Shown: positions 1 to 19,494, numbered from the stretch's first letter. The stretch: DNA of 64,000 bases from Chrysemys picta bellii (GCF_011386835.1 NC_088794.1:15624001-15688000); one strand, 5' to 3'. A program made the numbers and translations. The notes: a model not told the origin generated them from the sequence alone.

Positions 1-67
1 GAAACCTTAAATCAGAGTGAATAAATGAAGACTCGGCACACCGCTTCTGAAAGGTTGCCGACCCCTG
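1..67 (-). mobile_element. Terminal fragment of a hAT-type MITE (cut by window edge)
   Basis: Reverse complement begins CAGGGGTCGGCAACCTTTCAGAAG and matches the left end of the full copy at 43409-43718. Confidence 0.8.
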
Positions 68-1748
68 GTATAGACTGTGCGACTGACCTGGGGAATAACA
101 TGGGTGGAGACTGAGGGTTACAGTGATTTTTGGGTTCAAGGCCTAATTTTTCAGAAGGTGCTGAGCACCCGCAACTCCCACTGGAGTCAGTGCAAGGTGT
201 AGCCGCTCAGCAACACTGACAGGGGCAGTGGGGGAACCTGCTAACTGCAGGTAGACTGTGAAGCTGCAGGGAAAGAAAGTGCCTCTGAGACTCTGAGAGG
301 CAAGGAGGCCAGTTGCTTCACTAACCACACGGAGAGTAAGAAAAGAGCTTTTGATGCCCTGAGTTAGTTCCTGGCTAGCATTGCTGCTAGCAGCTGGCTA
401 GCTTTAGGCTTAGATATTTGTTCTGCACTCATCAGAGTTATGTCCGAGTGCCTCTCCAGGATCTCTGGTAGTAAGAGCATGAACTCTTTTCTCCCTTACT
501 TCAGTTCCTCAGAGCCCCCTGCAGGTACTAGGATGAGAGTGATTCTGCAGCCAAAGTTACAGGCACATGGGCTGCAAGCATGTGAATGCCTGCTCCAAGA
601 CTTGCTGTCTGGATTGTAATTAAACCCAGCGATCAAAAGAAGTAAACGGTAGCATGAGGTACATAATTGTCCTCCACAATCATGCCTTGTAGAGGAGCCC
701 ACAGGACATGTCTGTGCTTTTATTTGATTGTCCTTGGTTGTTGATTTCAGTTAAAAGCCCCTTGGATAACTTTACTTAGGTACGAAAACAGATGGGGGGG
801 ATTATTTCATTTGAAAGGCTGTGAGTTTAGAAGGTACAACCTGATTGTCTGACTCTGAAGCATTTATGTATGATCTTAATCAGGTTTTATTAAATGCATT
901 GGCTCATCTGGTTCATTGCTGGCTGCGTATAACATCGGTAGGCTTGGCAGAGTCATTTTGATTTTTATCAATTTAATTTTTCACAGTTGAGAGAAATTAT
1001 GGGGCAGTCAACATTACTTGACAAAATATGCAAAGTAAATATCCTTAAATCAAACTCTAATAAGTTCTCAAACAGCATTTTTTAAACTTTGCCTATCTGT
1101 ACATTTTGGTTACTATAGATGAAAATACTTTATTGGTTGTATATGTATGGTGATATCAATGTATACCAATGTTAACTGATAAAAATCTAATACTTCCAAG
1201 CCTAAATATAGGATAATGTGTAGTTTGTAAGAAGGATGCTGAAATTAGGATACAATCAGACACTCATTACTAACTCAACATGAGAAAATTCCTCCCACTA
1301 AAGATGCTGGCGGGAAGTCATGCTTCCATAGGTTCACCCAAAGAGAGCCAACTGCTTATGGTGATCATCTCAGATCTTTTGATGAGAATGAGAGGCAATT
1401 TGCACCAGTGGAAAACAATTATTTTGCTACCAAAATGCAGGTTTGAACTACGAGAAATGGCTGCAAATCTCCATCTGGGTCAAAGTTCAGGATTTAGAAG
1501 GCAGGAGAGGAACACGACGAGAGTGACAGGACAAAATCTTGCCCTGGATCAAGTTTGTGAATCGTCAAGGAAATATCCATTTTTGTCAGTGAATTCTCAG
1601 TTTTTGCCATCAAATATTTAGACCCTAATCCCAAACCTCTTGTAGTCAATGGAAAGACTCCCATTGATTCCAGTGAACATTGGATAAAGCCCATCATAAT
1701 TAGCCAACCTTCTATTAAAAGTATGATTGTCATAGCTGCAGCTGTTAC

Positions 1749-2093
1749 CTGGAGGGATGTGGGTGACCTCAGATCCATCCAGGAGGATGCTTCCTTGGGG
1801 GTGCCTGTTGCACACTCTTGTCCCGGAGATGCTGGTGTCCCAGTAGGAAACCTCACTTGTTTCTTTCCTTCTTCGGTGGCTAAGTTCCTTCTCTTCAGGA
1901 ACTCTTTCTGGCGGGGGCTCTGGGACTGCTCCTCTGACTCCTTTTTCCGACATTGCCCCACATGGCGACATGTGGTGACATTGTTTCTCCTCCACAAGCT
2001 CTCACGGGTCTCGTGCCGGCGCTCGCACTTCTCGTCGTAACTCTCACTCAGACGCCTGCACCGGCGCGGGGACTTCTCAGTTCGACTGATCAT
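1749..2093 (-). CDS. TRAF3IP3: TRAF3-interacting protein 3 (T3JAM), first coding exon; gene continues beyond or below the resolvable region
   Basis: MISRTEKSPRRCRRLSESYDEKCERRHETRESLWRRNNVTTCRHVG...EFLKRRNL resembles the TRAF3IP3 N-terminus (ESYEAKCERRQEIRES...NVTTCRQVG...QFFRRRNL). Polypyrimidine/AG acceptor gives exon start 2163; donor is CAG|GTAACA at 1749/1748. Synteny next to HSD11B1 fits. Confidence 0.9.
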
Positions 2094-4614
2094 ATTGTCC
2101 ACGGCTCCACACACAACACACCAACCTGTGATGATCTCCTGGCTGCTTTGGTGAAGTTCTTTCCTAATGAAACCAAAGGGGGGAAGAGACATTTTAAGTG
2201 AAAACGAATGATCAGGCTGGAGGTTGAATAAATGTATGAAAGACACCAACTCTAGGAATATTCACCTTATTCAGTGGATGCAGGTGGCATCCTTTTTCCA
2301 ACATCTCTCTACACCCAGCCATAGATAAATATACACACACACACTTGGGAGCTAATAAAGGATTGCTCCTTGAAGTAGATTTTCCAGTGTTTTATCCAGT
2401 TCAGTTTCAAGTGATGAAGTTTCTACCACCTTCCTTGGGAGATTTATTCTTCAGTCTTAGATCTTGCCATTATCAAATACCTCCTGCTGTTCAGTCTAAA
2501 TTTTTTTTTGCTCAGTTTCGGCCTCCTGCTCCTAGTTATAACCCCTTGGCCCACCTAAAAAAGTAAGACTGCAGCAAGAATAATGGCTCCTGGTATTTCC
2601 GTAGTAGTGGCCTTGCATTCCTTTCCTGCATACATATATTTTTCCAGTCTGTTCCAAAAGACTAACTGTAGATGTAGGAAATTTGCTATTATATAATTTA
2701 CTTTTCATGCAGCTGCATGTATTTCTAAATCCTGTTTGCCTTCTGTGCACGCCCAGAGAGACCTGGGACATGGAGCTCGTGTTACCACACTGCATGGGTT
2801 TTTCTATAGAATCTTTGGGAAAATCCCAGGTTGTTTCTGTCTCATCAGTTTTAAGAGCTCTTACTATCTGAAGCTAATGGTCACCCTAATGTTGAGTGCT
2901 GCATTATTTTAGCTCCTCTTCCTTACCCCACTCACCTTTTGCAATAGCTTGACTTAAATGGTACATTCCAGTTTGCACTCTGCACGTTTTTCTTTCCTTT
3001 TCCTCACAAAAGCTTGTCTGGCTCTAATGCCGTGTCCTTAATTCTCCTGGCTAGTGGCACTGCCTCCTGTCCCCTTCTGTTGTAAATATTAAATACATTA
3101 ATGTTTACTCTTGTTAGAAACATTGTTGGACTCGAGATGAGGGGAGAGCAAGCAGGAGAGCTGAATGGCACGGCTCAGCCCAGTGGGTTTACCTCCACTT
3201 CTGTTTGTGTATAGCTCAAGCAAAGCAGGTAGATTGCACCAGAAGCCTGCCCTGAGAATGAGCTCCTTTGTTTGGGCTTTACCTCCCTACACTGTGTACA
3301 TGTGCACAGTGAATGATAATCCCTTCCCGCCACTTCCTCCTACAGAATTCTTTGCTCACTTGCAAGCTTCCCTCTTACTTGCTTTACTAGACTGTGGCCA
3401 CATGGGAGGTGTTTGGGTCTTCTCTTCACCAGTGAGGGAGAAAACAGAGCACAATATGACACACACTGACAAAATCCCTAAAATGTTACATTTTCCCTCC
3501 TACTCCTCCTTATTAGCCAGCACAGGGATTCCCTGCTCCTTGATCCAGACGGATAATCCTCATGCACATTCCAGAAATGTTGCTAGGAGGATCATGTGAA
3601 GATGTTAGGCATTCTGCTGAGCAGTTTGGGATTGGATTAGTGCTCCAGTGGGTGGGAGTGGCTGTCAGCCAAAATACTTTACTCTATTGCCTGCCAGCCC
3701 AAGTGCTCTCTTTTTGGCCTGTTGTATTTGGACAGTGAGATTCTCTTAGTTAGTTATTATTGATCATGTTTATTATGCAGGACCAAAGGGCCAGCCAAGA
3801 ATGGGGTCCCATTGTGCTAAGCATGGCACAAACCCAGAGTAGCAGCTGCAGGGTGGGGGAAGGGGTAGAACACACAAGCAAAGTGAACAATGTGATGGCA
3901 GTGATGCGGGGGGGACGGGGGGTTAGGAGGTGATCAGCTAAATGGGAAGGGAAAGGCGAGGGGGACAGGGCAGAGGAGGAAGAGGGCAGTGAAGTTGAGG
4001 TGAAGAGTCCGAGGGAGGTGGAGGGTTGGAACAAACAGCCAGTCAGCACAAGGAAAAACTCTGGAAAACTCTCTGAATGTCCCGAGGTCCCTGCTTTGGC
4101 CAATTCTGTAGCTGCTCCTATGGCCGGTTCCTCCCTGCAGTTTTTCCCCAAGGACACATAGCTGGTAGGGTGCAGGGGGTGGAGGGCATCACCTGGGTCC
4201 TAGTGCCCACACAGTGTGCGATGGAGGGGTCTCCCCTGCACGGTTCTGGGTGTTGTGGGGAGGCGTATCACACTGCAGCCCTGGGATGGAATATCCATTT
4301 TATTTTGACCGGCTAACAGGATCCAAACCAAGGGTCTGGCTCTCCTTTCACTCACCCTGGTTTTATCTCCATTGACTCCAGCGGAGTTACTGTGGATTGA
4401 TACAGGTGCAAATGAGAGAAAAAAGCAAATTCCCATCTCCAGATTTTCAAAAGTGCTCAGAGCCAGCAGCCCCCATTCAGAACAATGGAGAATCTTCTCT
4501 ATCCCCACTGAGGACAATAGGAGCTGTTGAGTGTGAAGCTCTTTTGAATATTTAGAGTATATCTGCACTGCAGCTGGGAACGATGCTCCCTGCCCAGTGA
4601 GACAGACTCCAGCT

Positions 4615-4781
4615 CAGGGCTGCCCAGAGGATTCAGGGGGCCCGGGGCAAAGCAATTTCGGGGGCCCCTTCCATAAAAGAAAGTTGTAATACTATAGAAT
4701 ACTATATTCTCGTGGGGGCCCCTGCAGGGCCTGGGGCAAATTGCCCCAATTGCCGCCCTCCCCACCCCCCCGGCAGCCCTG
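4615..4781. mobile_element. hAT-type MITE
   Basis: TIR CAGGGCTGCC...GGCAGCCCTG; 8-bp TSD CTCCAGCT/CTCCTGCT (7/8). Confidence 0.85.
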
Positions 4782-5421
4782 CTCCTGCTAGCAGAGCTTG
4801 AGCTAGCATGCTAGAAACAGCAGTGTGCACGTTGTCGTTCAGATGGCAGACGGACTCTCAAGCCCACCTGACCCCCTGGGTCTGAGCTTGGGTGGCTAGC
4901 CCTGAGTAGCTTCCACACTGCTATTTTTGGCACACTAGCTCAAGCCCTGCTACCAAAAAAAAAAAAAAAGCCGTTGCAGCAGGCATTTCAAGGCTTTTAT
5001 GGATGACTACTAACAAAGGAAGGGAAGAAAGGAATATATAGATTAGCCAAGAAACACAGAGGACTCGGCAGCTGCGAAGTGTGTCAAAGAAGAAAACAGA
5101 AGAGAACTGGTGGAAGATGGTGAAATTATTAGGAGATGGCCGAGGTTTGGGAAGTATGCGCAAGCAGCAGCTTCATAAGACCTATGACCAGGGTGGAGCT
5201 TCAGCCCTGAAGACGATGAAACATGGGAATGCAGTGGCATTGGACCGTGTACCAAAGGAGGCATTTAAAGCATTCACCCATGAGGTCGTGGTGATGATGA
5301 CAGAGTTCTTCAACTTAATTCTCTGTACTGGGAAATGCCCGACAAGTGGAGAAAGAGCATATTGGTCCCTATCTTCAAGCGTAAGGGAGATGTGCAGGAA
5401 TGTAGTAATTACCAACCCATC

Positions 5422-6652
5422 TGTGATGCTCTCCTCAGGGAGTCCAGAACCATAAGCTCACTGTGTTACCTCTCTGCCTCAGCAAGAGAGCACTTTCCTG
5501 GAGCGTAAACAGTGTGACAGCCTCCTGCTACACCACTCTGTCCACCTCACCAGCAAATATCTCCAGACTCTGCCATTCTAAACTTTGCCTTGCAGGTAAC
5601 ATTTAGTGAACCCAGGTTCCTGAGTCCCCTACAGGCATCTTTCTGCAGCGAGCAGTCCCTCTCACTTGGATGCTCATCGAAATTAATAAAGTCTCCTGTC
5701 TCCAAAGAGACAGAATACACCTCAGCCTGTTGGCTCAGTTGAGGATATGCGCCTCACTTTAATATAACAGGATGGGGTTGGTTGATAGTAAAACTAATAA
5801 TAAGTTGATTAATACAAATATAGATTTAAGTGATTGTGAGCAAAAGAAAAGAGACAGGTCTGGTTACAAACCAAACAAAAATAACTTACTTCCTAGTGAC
5901 GGAAATTTAACTTTAACAAGCTATAATCTTTGCCTGAGCAACTTTCTCACTCACTTCAAGCTATCAGCATCCCCAGCCACTCAGGCAGAAGGATCCACCA
6001 TTCACAGCATCAACGGGTGCTGATCCCTTTGTCTCCACTCAGGCAGAAGGATCCACCATTCACAGCATCAATGGGTGCTGATCCCTTTGTCTCCACTTAA
6101 GCAGAAGGATCCACCATTCACAGCGTCAACGGGTGCTGATCCCTTTGTCTCCTAAGTGATGGATAACAAAGGAGTCCCCTTTTTGTCCTTTTATAGTCCA
6201 AAAAGCCTTTTGAAATGTGTTCTTTGAAAATAAACCCAAAGTTCCTCTCCCCTGCTGCTTGTTCTTCGGGGTGCAGGTGCCATCCCCTTCTTCATCCTCG
6301 GGTCAATTTGCTTTTTTTGATTCACTCGATCACTTTGTTTACCTTTGATACAAATGTCTTTCTATTGTCCTGTGCTTGTAATCAAGCCAGGATGTTTTTC
6401 TCTTCCACTTGTTTGCTTGATCCATGCAGACAGGTAAATCCACATTCCTTTGTCTAGGGAAGGCTGGTTAATCAACTGCCTCCACAACATATTTTAAGAA
6501 CATATTTCCAGCATACCTACATAACTCTCTATAGACAACCCGTACACACACCACACATGTTTTTTTAGGATACTCTATGAGACGTAGTTTGGCTAAATAT
6601 TCTGTTGGGTGCACTCTTCGCTAATTGGCGTAAAGGGGCTCTCAGGGTCACA
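5422..6652. mobile_element. Solo LTR (Gypsy-like) inserted in the RTE RT region
   Basis: TG...CA termini (TGTGATG...GGGTCACA), 5-bp TSD CCATC on both sides; removing it restores the RTE reading frame. Confidence 0.85.
5977..6152. repeat. Three tandem 58-bp units inside the solo LTR
   Basis: Units start at 5977, 6035 and 6093 (CCACTCAGGCAGAAGGATCCACCATTCACAGC...), near identical. Confidence 0.95.
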
Positions 6653-9600
6653 CCATCAAGTTAATGGGTAACACTATGAAATGGCTAGAAAGAATTATAG
6701 CGAGAAGATTTTAGCAGGAGCTGGACCATCAAATATATGACAACCCATTTGGGTTTATGCTCGGAAGGTCGACAATGGAGGCAGTATTTGCAACCTGAAT
6801 ATTGCAGTAGAAGTACGGGAATAATGCATGGAGCTGCACTTAGTGTTTGTAGATTTAGAGAAGGTTTATGGCAGGGTTCCTAGAGAATTGCTTTGGTGGT
6901 GCCTTTGGTTGGGCAATCTGCCAGAGACACATGTTCAGACTGTGATGGATATGTATGAAGATAGCACGACAGTAGTGAGAAGCATTACTGAGAGTGTAGG
7001 TCTACATCAAGGATCAACCTTAAACCCAGTCCTATTTGTGATTGCAATGGACGCCTTGATGCAGGAGATTAGGGGAGAGGCTCCATGGAGCATGCTTTTT
7101 GCCGATGACATTATTTTGTGCTGTGAAGATAAATACAAACTGGAAAGTGGCCTAGAACTATGGAGGAAAATGGCTTAAGAATCAGCCGACAAAAGATGGA
7201 ATACATGCAATGCTTTGTTGAGAGGGGCAACATGAAGCCAGTAAAACTAGATGTACAGAGTTAAAGGCTGTGAAATAACTTACATACCTCAGTGTACTGT
7301 GGAGCCACGGTGGGGATGTGGATGCAGACGTTAGGAATCACCCGACGAGCACTTGGTGTAAACGAAGCGAGCTGACAGGAATTCTCTGCGATAAGGATAT
7401 GCCAAGTAAACTAAAGACCCAAGTGTATAAGATCATGATTAAGTCAGCCATGATATGTGAGTCAGAATGCTGACCAATGAAGCAGAGAGAACAACTACTA
7501 CTTCACACTGCCAACAGGAGAATGCTCAAGCAGGTGCTGGGTAAGACAAGAGCTGACAAGCTATGCAATGAAATGGTACAAGCCAGGATTCAGGTAGCCT
7601 CCATCACAGAAAAGCTGAGGGACTATAGACTGAGACGACTGGGTCATGTGAAATGACAAGATGTAGGATGTGTTGGCCACAGAGTTCAAAAGCTAGTAGT
7701 CCCAGGACAAAGACCAGCTAAAAAAGGTGGTTTGAGATGCTGAAGGAAGATATGAAGAAGGTTGATGTCAGCTTGGAAGACACACTCGACAAGAACACTT
7801 GGAAACTAAGAACCAAAGCTATAGACCCTGATTGACGGGAGAAGGTGAAGAGGAGCTCAAGCCCTGCTAGCACAAGTCTGTCTCCCTGAGCTGGGAGACA
7901 TGATCCCAGCTGCAGTGTAAACGTACCCATAGAGCGTGATTTTCAAGGGTGTGAAGCATGGACCTAACTCTGTTCCTACTGAAGTCGGTGGGAGTTTTAC
8001 CATTCACTTCAACAGGAGCAGAGTTAGGCCAAGGCGGAATCCTTTTGAAAAATCCCAACCTTAGTGACTGGAGAACATCAAATGATTCAATCATTAGGGT
8101 GCAGTTCTGATAAGTACCCAAGGTTTTACCTTAGGGTCACATTCTGCTCTGGGTTGTATAGAAGTCAAACTGGGAGTAACATCACTAAGTGGATGCACTC
8201 CTGATTTACACCAGTGTAAGTGTGAGCAGAGTCAGCCCTTTTACAATAATTTAAACAAAAACTAAAAGAAGTTTTTGATGGTGTCTGGTGGTTGGTTGGA
8301 AATGGAGATTGGAAATAGGGAGAGACTGCTCTCTTTCAGCTTTAGGTTTCCTATTCATAGCAGATCATAGAGCTTTGGAGGACACATGCCAGCATCTGTT
8401 CACTTGGCAAGAACATAAACTGGCACCCACCATATGCATAAAGTGTCTGAGCTGGGGCTCTTGCCACTGGACCAGTAGGCTTATAAGAGTGTGGTAGTAA
8501 TATCCATTCCTAGCAAATATTTTTCAGATTCTCATTAACGTATATTCTATTGTTTTCATAGCAATCATTTGTTACAGTCGTTAATGTCTTCGTAAGCTAG
8601 ACAGCTTCATACACCCTTGTACTCAGAGCTGAAAGACAGACTAATTGAGATGTAGATAGATAAGATCAAATTCCTATCCAAATCCTTTCAAAGTTCTGGG
8701 CACTCTCTATCCAGGTACTTATAATGCTCCCATCACTCTTGAGTCTGAGAGTCTGACTGCCTGAAAGAAAAAATGTATCAACTAAAGTGAAGAAAAAATA
8801 AAGAAAATTAGTCTCTGAAAAAAACAGGTTAAACGTTGTTCACTCTCAAATAAAAATAAGCGATTTCACTAGCATTTCTTTGTCCCAAACAACTGGAAAA
8901 TCACTGACTTTGATGGAAACACTGAGGGCAATTAGTGGCATCAATTAAAAAGTTTGCAAGGTTTTGGGGAAGGGGGAGGAAAGATGGGGGGATTTTATGA
9001 TTATCTGCCCCACAGAATAGTATAGCTACCTATAAGAAACCACACAGATAAACACATTTCTTATAATGGCACAGCCAGAGCATGTCACTGAAATGTTTTC
9101 CTTTAACTAGAAGAACTCCTTTCCAATATGAGAACAGCCTTTTAATAACTATCCAAAGGGCTTCTGCTTTTATGTAGGAGAAATATATGCAAACTAGCTA
9201 TCAACGCATCACCTTAAATGCTCCCCCAGCCAACTAGGAAAATGAAGACTTCCAAGATAATATTGAAATGAATCACTTTCTAAATGGCCCTGTATTGGCC
9301 ATTCTAAATGGGTTTTTTGGGGTTTTTTTTCATTATTTGTTTGGAGATGCTGCTGACTCTCAAACCTCTCACTGTCCCTGAAATGTCCTTTTTTCACTTA
9401 ATTTTTCCACTCGTCCCCCTCTGTGTCTCATCAAAATCTGCTATTCATTTGTTTTTATTGTTGCAAGCTTTCAGCTGGAGAAATAATAGAACTGGGGAAC
9501 TCACATTATAAAATGCTTAAAATGTTGTTTCCGCACAGCTTTTATGGTCTTGACTTAATAGTTTCATTGTGGCCCGCGTTCTGGGCTTTCTCTCTCATGC

Positions 9601-11429
9601 CCAATCTTCCTCAGCACAGCAGGCTAAGGGTAGATCTGGTGAACAGCTTCGCCGACATTGAAGTACATAATGATTGGGCCTATGCCAACACCCTAGAGCT
9701 GAAAACCCTCAGAAACGGGATCTGGATGTGAACTCACTCCTTCCCTCCTTCCCCCCCTCCCCAAAAAAGACAACTGGCCTCCAAACTTTTCACGCCCTGG
9801 AAAAGATATTTTACTCTGCTTATTTTTTTCATATTTTAAAAATGGCCCAGTCCAGTGCTGAATTTGGGTGCTGCTGCCTATTCATCCGGGTGTGTGACAT
9901 GTACTCAAAGGCTGGGTTTGTTAGACTCTTCTCATTACAAACTGCTCAGCTACCTTCTCACCTGCTCTGACTACATTCTTTACAGAGCCTGTTTATTGTG
10001 CATCCCAGGAAGTAGGACTTGTTTATACGCTTGATTTAAACACAAAATACCTTCTAACTTTTAAAGCAAGAAAGAAACGTAAAGAAACGTGTGAGCTATT
10101 ACTCACCCCCAAACTGAGCAAACTTCTGAGCCCTTGCTGGTGAGTTATGGGTTTTATTTTCTTCCGTGGCCACCCAAAATTACTCTTCCTAATTAATGAG
10201 CGTGCCCTTTATCTCTCTTTTGCATGCTGTAACACTCGAACTTCAAGGGAAAAAAAAATCCCTTGCTGGTTCATGTTACAACCTCCCAGTGTCAATCATG
10301 CAGGCTGAACCTCGGGGGGAAAAAAACAAGACACAAATTGCCTTCCTTTACAGGGTCAGCGTTTACTTCTGTACATCCATAGCTAGCCACAGATCTAAAG
10401 GTTCTTACCTCTACGCAGCAAGGGCAGCCCTTAGGTGGATTCGCCAGATGTTCAGAGGCCCTGCTCTGCTCCCCGACCTCAGTTAAGCCCCATGCCAGAA
10501 AGGAGAAGGGTGAGCCCTGGGTTACCGGGTGCTAACACATTGCAACTGACATCTCGTTTGAATGACTTCTCTTTGCTGCTCTTTTTTTTTTTTTTTTTTT
10601 TTTTGAAACAGGAAATGTACTAAGCCGCAACACTTAACCCAGGTTCCTGTCTCTGCTTAGAGTTTGTGACATGGTAGGAGAGGCTAGGGCACAAACTGGA
10701 ACATTCGTGCCCTGCCCAGTACAGTTGTTTGGTTATCTTGTGGTGGGACAGGCTGCATTCCACTATCGCCAGGGTCCAGGAGTGGCCTTTGCTGTTTCTC
10801 CATTTATCAGCCACTGCACCTTGAGGCGGTGCTCCATCCTGAGAAGCTGTGCAGGATGAGCTGTGACTGACTCAGCCTTGTCACCTTTGGCGTGAGGAAT
10901 CCTGGTGTTGGGAAGGAAAGGAGTGTTACTTTTAAACAGTCTTGTGTAGTGCGAAATTCGTATTTCTGCCATCTGAGGTTAGGCCGGCGGCAGAGTTGAC
11001 AAAGGTCAGAGTGAAGCTGGTGTGAACGCTCCCCACCAAACAGGCGTGTCCAGGTAAACATGGAAGAAAATGAAACTCTAAGGCAGCCATCTTCTTGATG
11101 ATAGCTCCAGCCTTATTTTCTAAGGACTCATCCAGAAGTGATGCTTGAGCCAAGTCTAGGCTAAACAGTGCTAGAATAAAAAGCGAGAGCCTCCCTTAGT
11201 ATGGCTTCCGGGGTTTACACATCCCAAAATAAATCCTTATGTGGGCTGAACGGCAGACCCCCTTTCCTTTCACTCTTGCTTTCTCTGTATTTGCCCCCCT
11301 CCTTCAACCATCCTTGTTACGTTTCTTATTTGACATTTCTGAAATTCTTGTGGGATTATTTGGCCCAGAGGGCTCCAATTATTATTGTCAGAGGGGAATA
11401 TCTGCTGCCATCCATCATTCCAGTATGCT

Positions 11430-11640
11430 CAGCCTGGTAGACGTTGGGCCTGGAACTTCAATACGCTATTCCAGGTGTGTTCTCAGGGACTAGTGCCTCC
11501 CTGCTCACCTGATTCGCTGTGTATGTAGCTCAAAATCACCCTGGCCACTGTTCTGCCATGTCACTACAATAGTAGGCCACCTAGAATTTGCTGTCCAATA
11601 TTACCCCAACATCCTTCAGCCATTACTGCTTTCTGAGGCA
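11430..11640 (-). mobile_element. Ancient CR1 LINE fragment
   Basis: Resembles the reverse-strand CR1 ORF2 3' region (ggcctggaacttcaatacgctattccaggtgtg...tgctgtccaatattaccccaacatcctt); recognised from memory of the family. Confidence 0.55.
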
Positions 11641-13612
11641 CCTCCATTCCATGGGACATCTTCCAGCTGACATCACCTGCGGGGAATAAGGAGCCTACAG
11701 TCCCTGTTTTGCTTCAGTACCAGGATGTGAGAGGATCCGTGTATTGGGGTCTGCTGTCAGCAGGTGGCAATGCGGACTGATTGATACAGACTCTCTGTGG
11801 TGGGAATGGGGGTAGGTAATTCCACCCAGAATAGGAGAGAGGCAGGTGTGAGCAGAAGGAGGGAAGCAGGACTTGGAACAGAGAGGTCCTGGAGGGAAAC
11901 CCTAGGAACAGCCTAGCTTGGGTGAGAAAGTTTAGGCTGAACTTAAGTGGTGTTGCCGTTTCCACTGCTAATAAAAGAACTACCTCAGAAGAGGGATGGC
12001 TTTGGACACTAAACCAGTGCATGCACGCACTCCATGCTACAGCATGGTAAAAATTCACCACTTTCATAGCATATTTTTATGATTTGCCCTTTGCATTGTT
12101 AACCAAAGCAGAATGCTTTCAGCCAGGACCTGATCCAAAGCTCATTGAAATCAATGGATGGGCTCCTAGTGACTTCGGTGAACTTTAGTTTTGACCCCAA
12201 GAGAATAAACACAAATCCATTTCAAATGTGTGTGTTTCATTTAAACGCCCCTGATTTCCTCATGCCTCCTTGGAACCTGCTGGATTGTGTCTCACAGCTT
12301 TATTTTTTATTTATATTTTTAGATGAAACTTTTGTGAGATTTTATAAAATTGCAAACCACCAAAGTAATAGACCAACCATTAGTAAACAAATAGAAAAAA
12401 TATGTAAAATACACATTTCACAAAGTCTCGTTTATTCACATCCTCTGTTACTCCATTATGCATTATACATTATTAATTTTGATGATTTATGGGACTCCTG
12501 ATGAGTTTCTATCCTACTGCACTTAATTTTTAACAAGCATAAATTCACTGTGCTTTGCCCAGCAGTCAGTGCCGAGAATAGTTTTATAGCTCTCATTACA
12601 CTTTCCTGATGTATATTTCAATTAGAACTTCAAAATGAGGTTGCAGTCTCTTTAGGCTGTACATTCCTGGTGCTGCTATACATTTTCCACCTCCAATTTC
12701 ACAGAGTTTAGGACATTTCCCCTGCTTCTGAAATGCAGCTGTTTTCAACCACAGAGGCACCTGCACTTCAGAGCTGGACGATGTGATCCCTAAACTTTAA
12801 AGGTTCTGCCCCGAGTACTGTTGAAGTGGGTGGGAACTTGAAGTCTGGCTTGATGGGAGTTCTGGGTGTTCATGGAATGCAGAATTGGCCTCTATACACA
12901 TACAGTCTGTAATTCACATTAGCAAGATTGTAAGCTCGTTGGGACAGGAAGTCTTTTTATGATGTGTGTGTCCAATGCAAAAATAGGCCCCAGCCCCAAC
13001 CCCTGCTTGGGCTTCTAAGCATTATTGCAATGCAGATAAATATTACTAACAATAACAATTAGTGTTAGCATGAAGGGATGCTGGGGGACCTGATGCTGAC
13101 TCAGTTAGAGCACAGTGAGAGGAGAATGAGATCCTCTTAGGTTTTGCAAGGACAATTAAAAAGCAGATTTCTTACTAAGCAACTTTGTGCAGTAGAGCAA
13201 ATGGGAGGTATACTACCGAAACCAGTGTGAGCTGTTTGCAGCATTGGGAGGTCTGAGAGTTGCTGTCCTGGTTCAAAGTGGGTGACACCCACACCCCGTC
13301 CCAGCAAACATGAACCCAGCCATTGCTAATGCTGTTCTATAGACAGTGGAGAATTTACTGCTTTGCGGAGGCCTCATGTTGCTCCCTCTTCTTGTCTCCA
13401 GAGAGAAAAGATAAAAACAAAGGATGAGATTTTCAGAAGCACCTGAGTGACTTCGATGTACAAATCTCATTGAAAGCCAATCGGATTTGTTGCTCCTAAG
13501 TCCCTTAGATGCTTTTAACAAAATATTTAGACTGAAAATAAAATGTCCCCATTTACCTGAAGTTCATGCCACTTGGTTTGTTTTCTAGTTAGCTTGTCAC
13601 ATGCAGCAGGGC

Positions 13613-19494
<5,882 letters not shown>

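Larger units (their letters stand above)
4953..7853 (+). mobile_element. 5'-truncated, degenerate RTE-clade LINE interrupted by a solo LTR
   Basis: RT motifs CSNYQPI|KLMGNTMK, FVDLEKVYGRVPR, GLHQGSTLNP and MLFADD, with frameshifts and stops. RTE-like purine-rich 3' end. 16-bp TSD AGCTCAAGCCCTGCTA (4937-4952, 7854-7869). Confidence 0.9.
4555..7928. mobile_element. Harbinger/PIF-type MITE (~282 bp) split by nested insertions
   Basis: Ends GAGTATATCTGCACTGCAGCTGGGA...TCCCAGCTGCAGTGTAAACGTACCC. Pieces 4555-4614, 4790-4952 and 7870-7928 sum to 282 bp, close to the uninterrupted relative at 35283-35566 (284 bp). Confidence 0.75.

Noticed and set aside
497-608. Possible second TRAF3IP3 coding exon (ccag|...|gtaagg)
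   Set aside because: The only open frame is phase-incompatible with the phase-0 donor at 1749 and shows no similarity I could recognise.
5977-6152. CRISPR-like array
   Set aside because: Contiguous tandem units without unique spacers, in a eukaryotic LTR.
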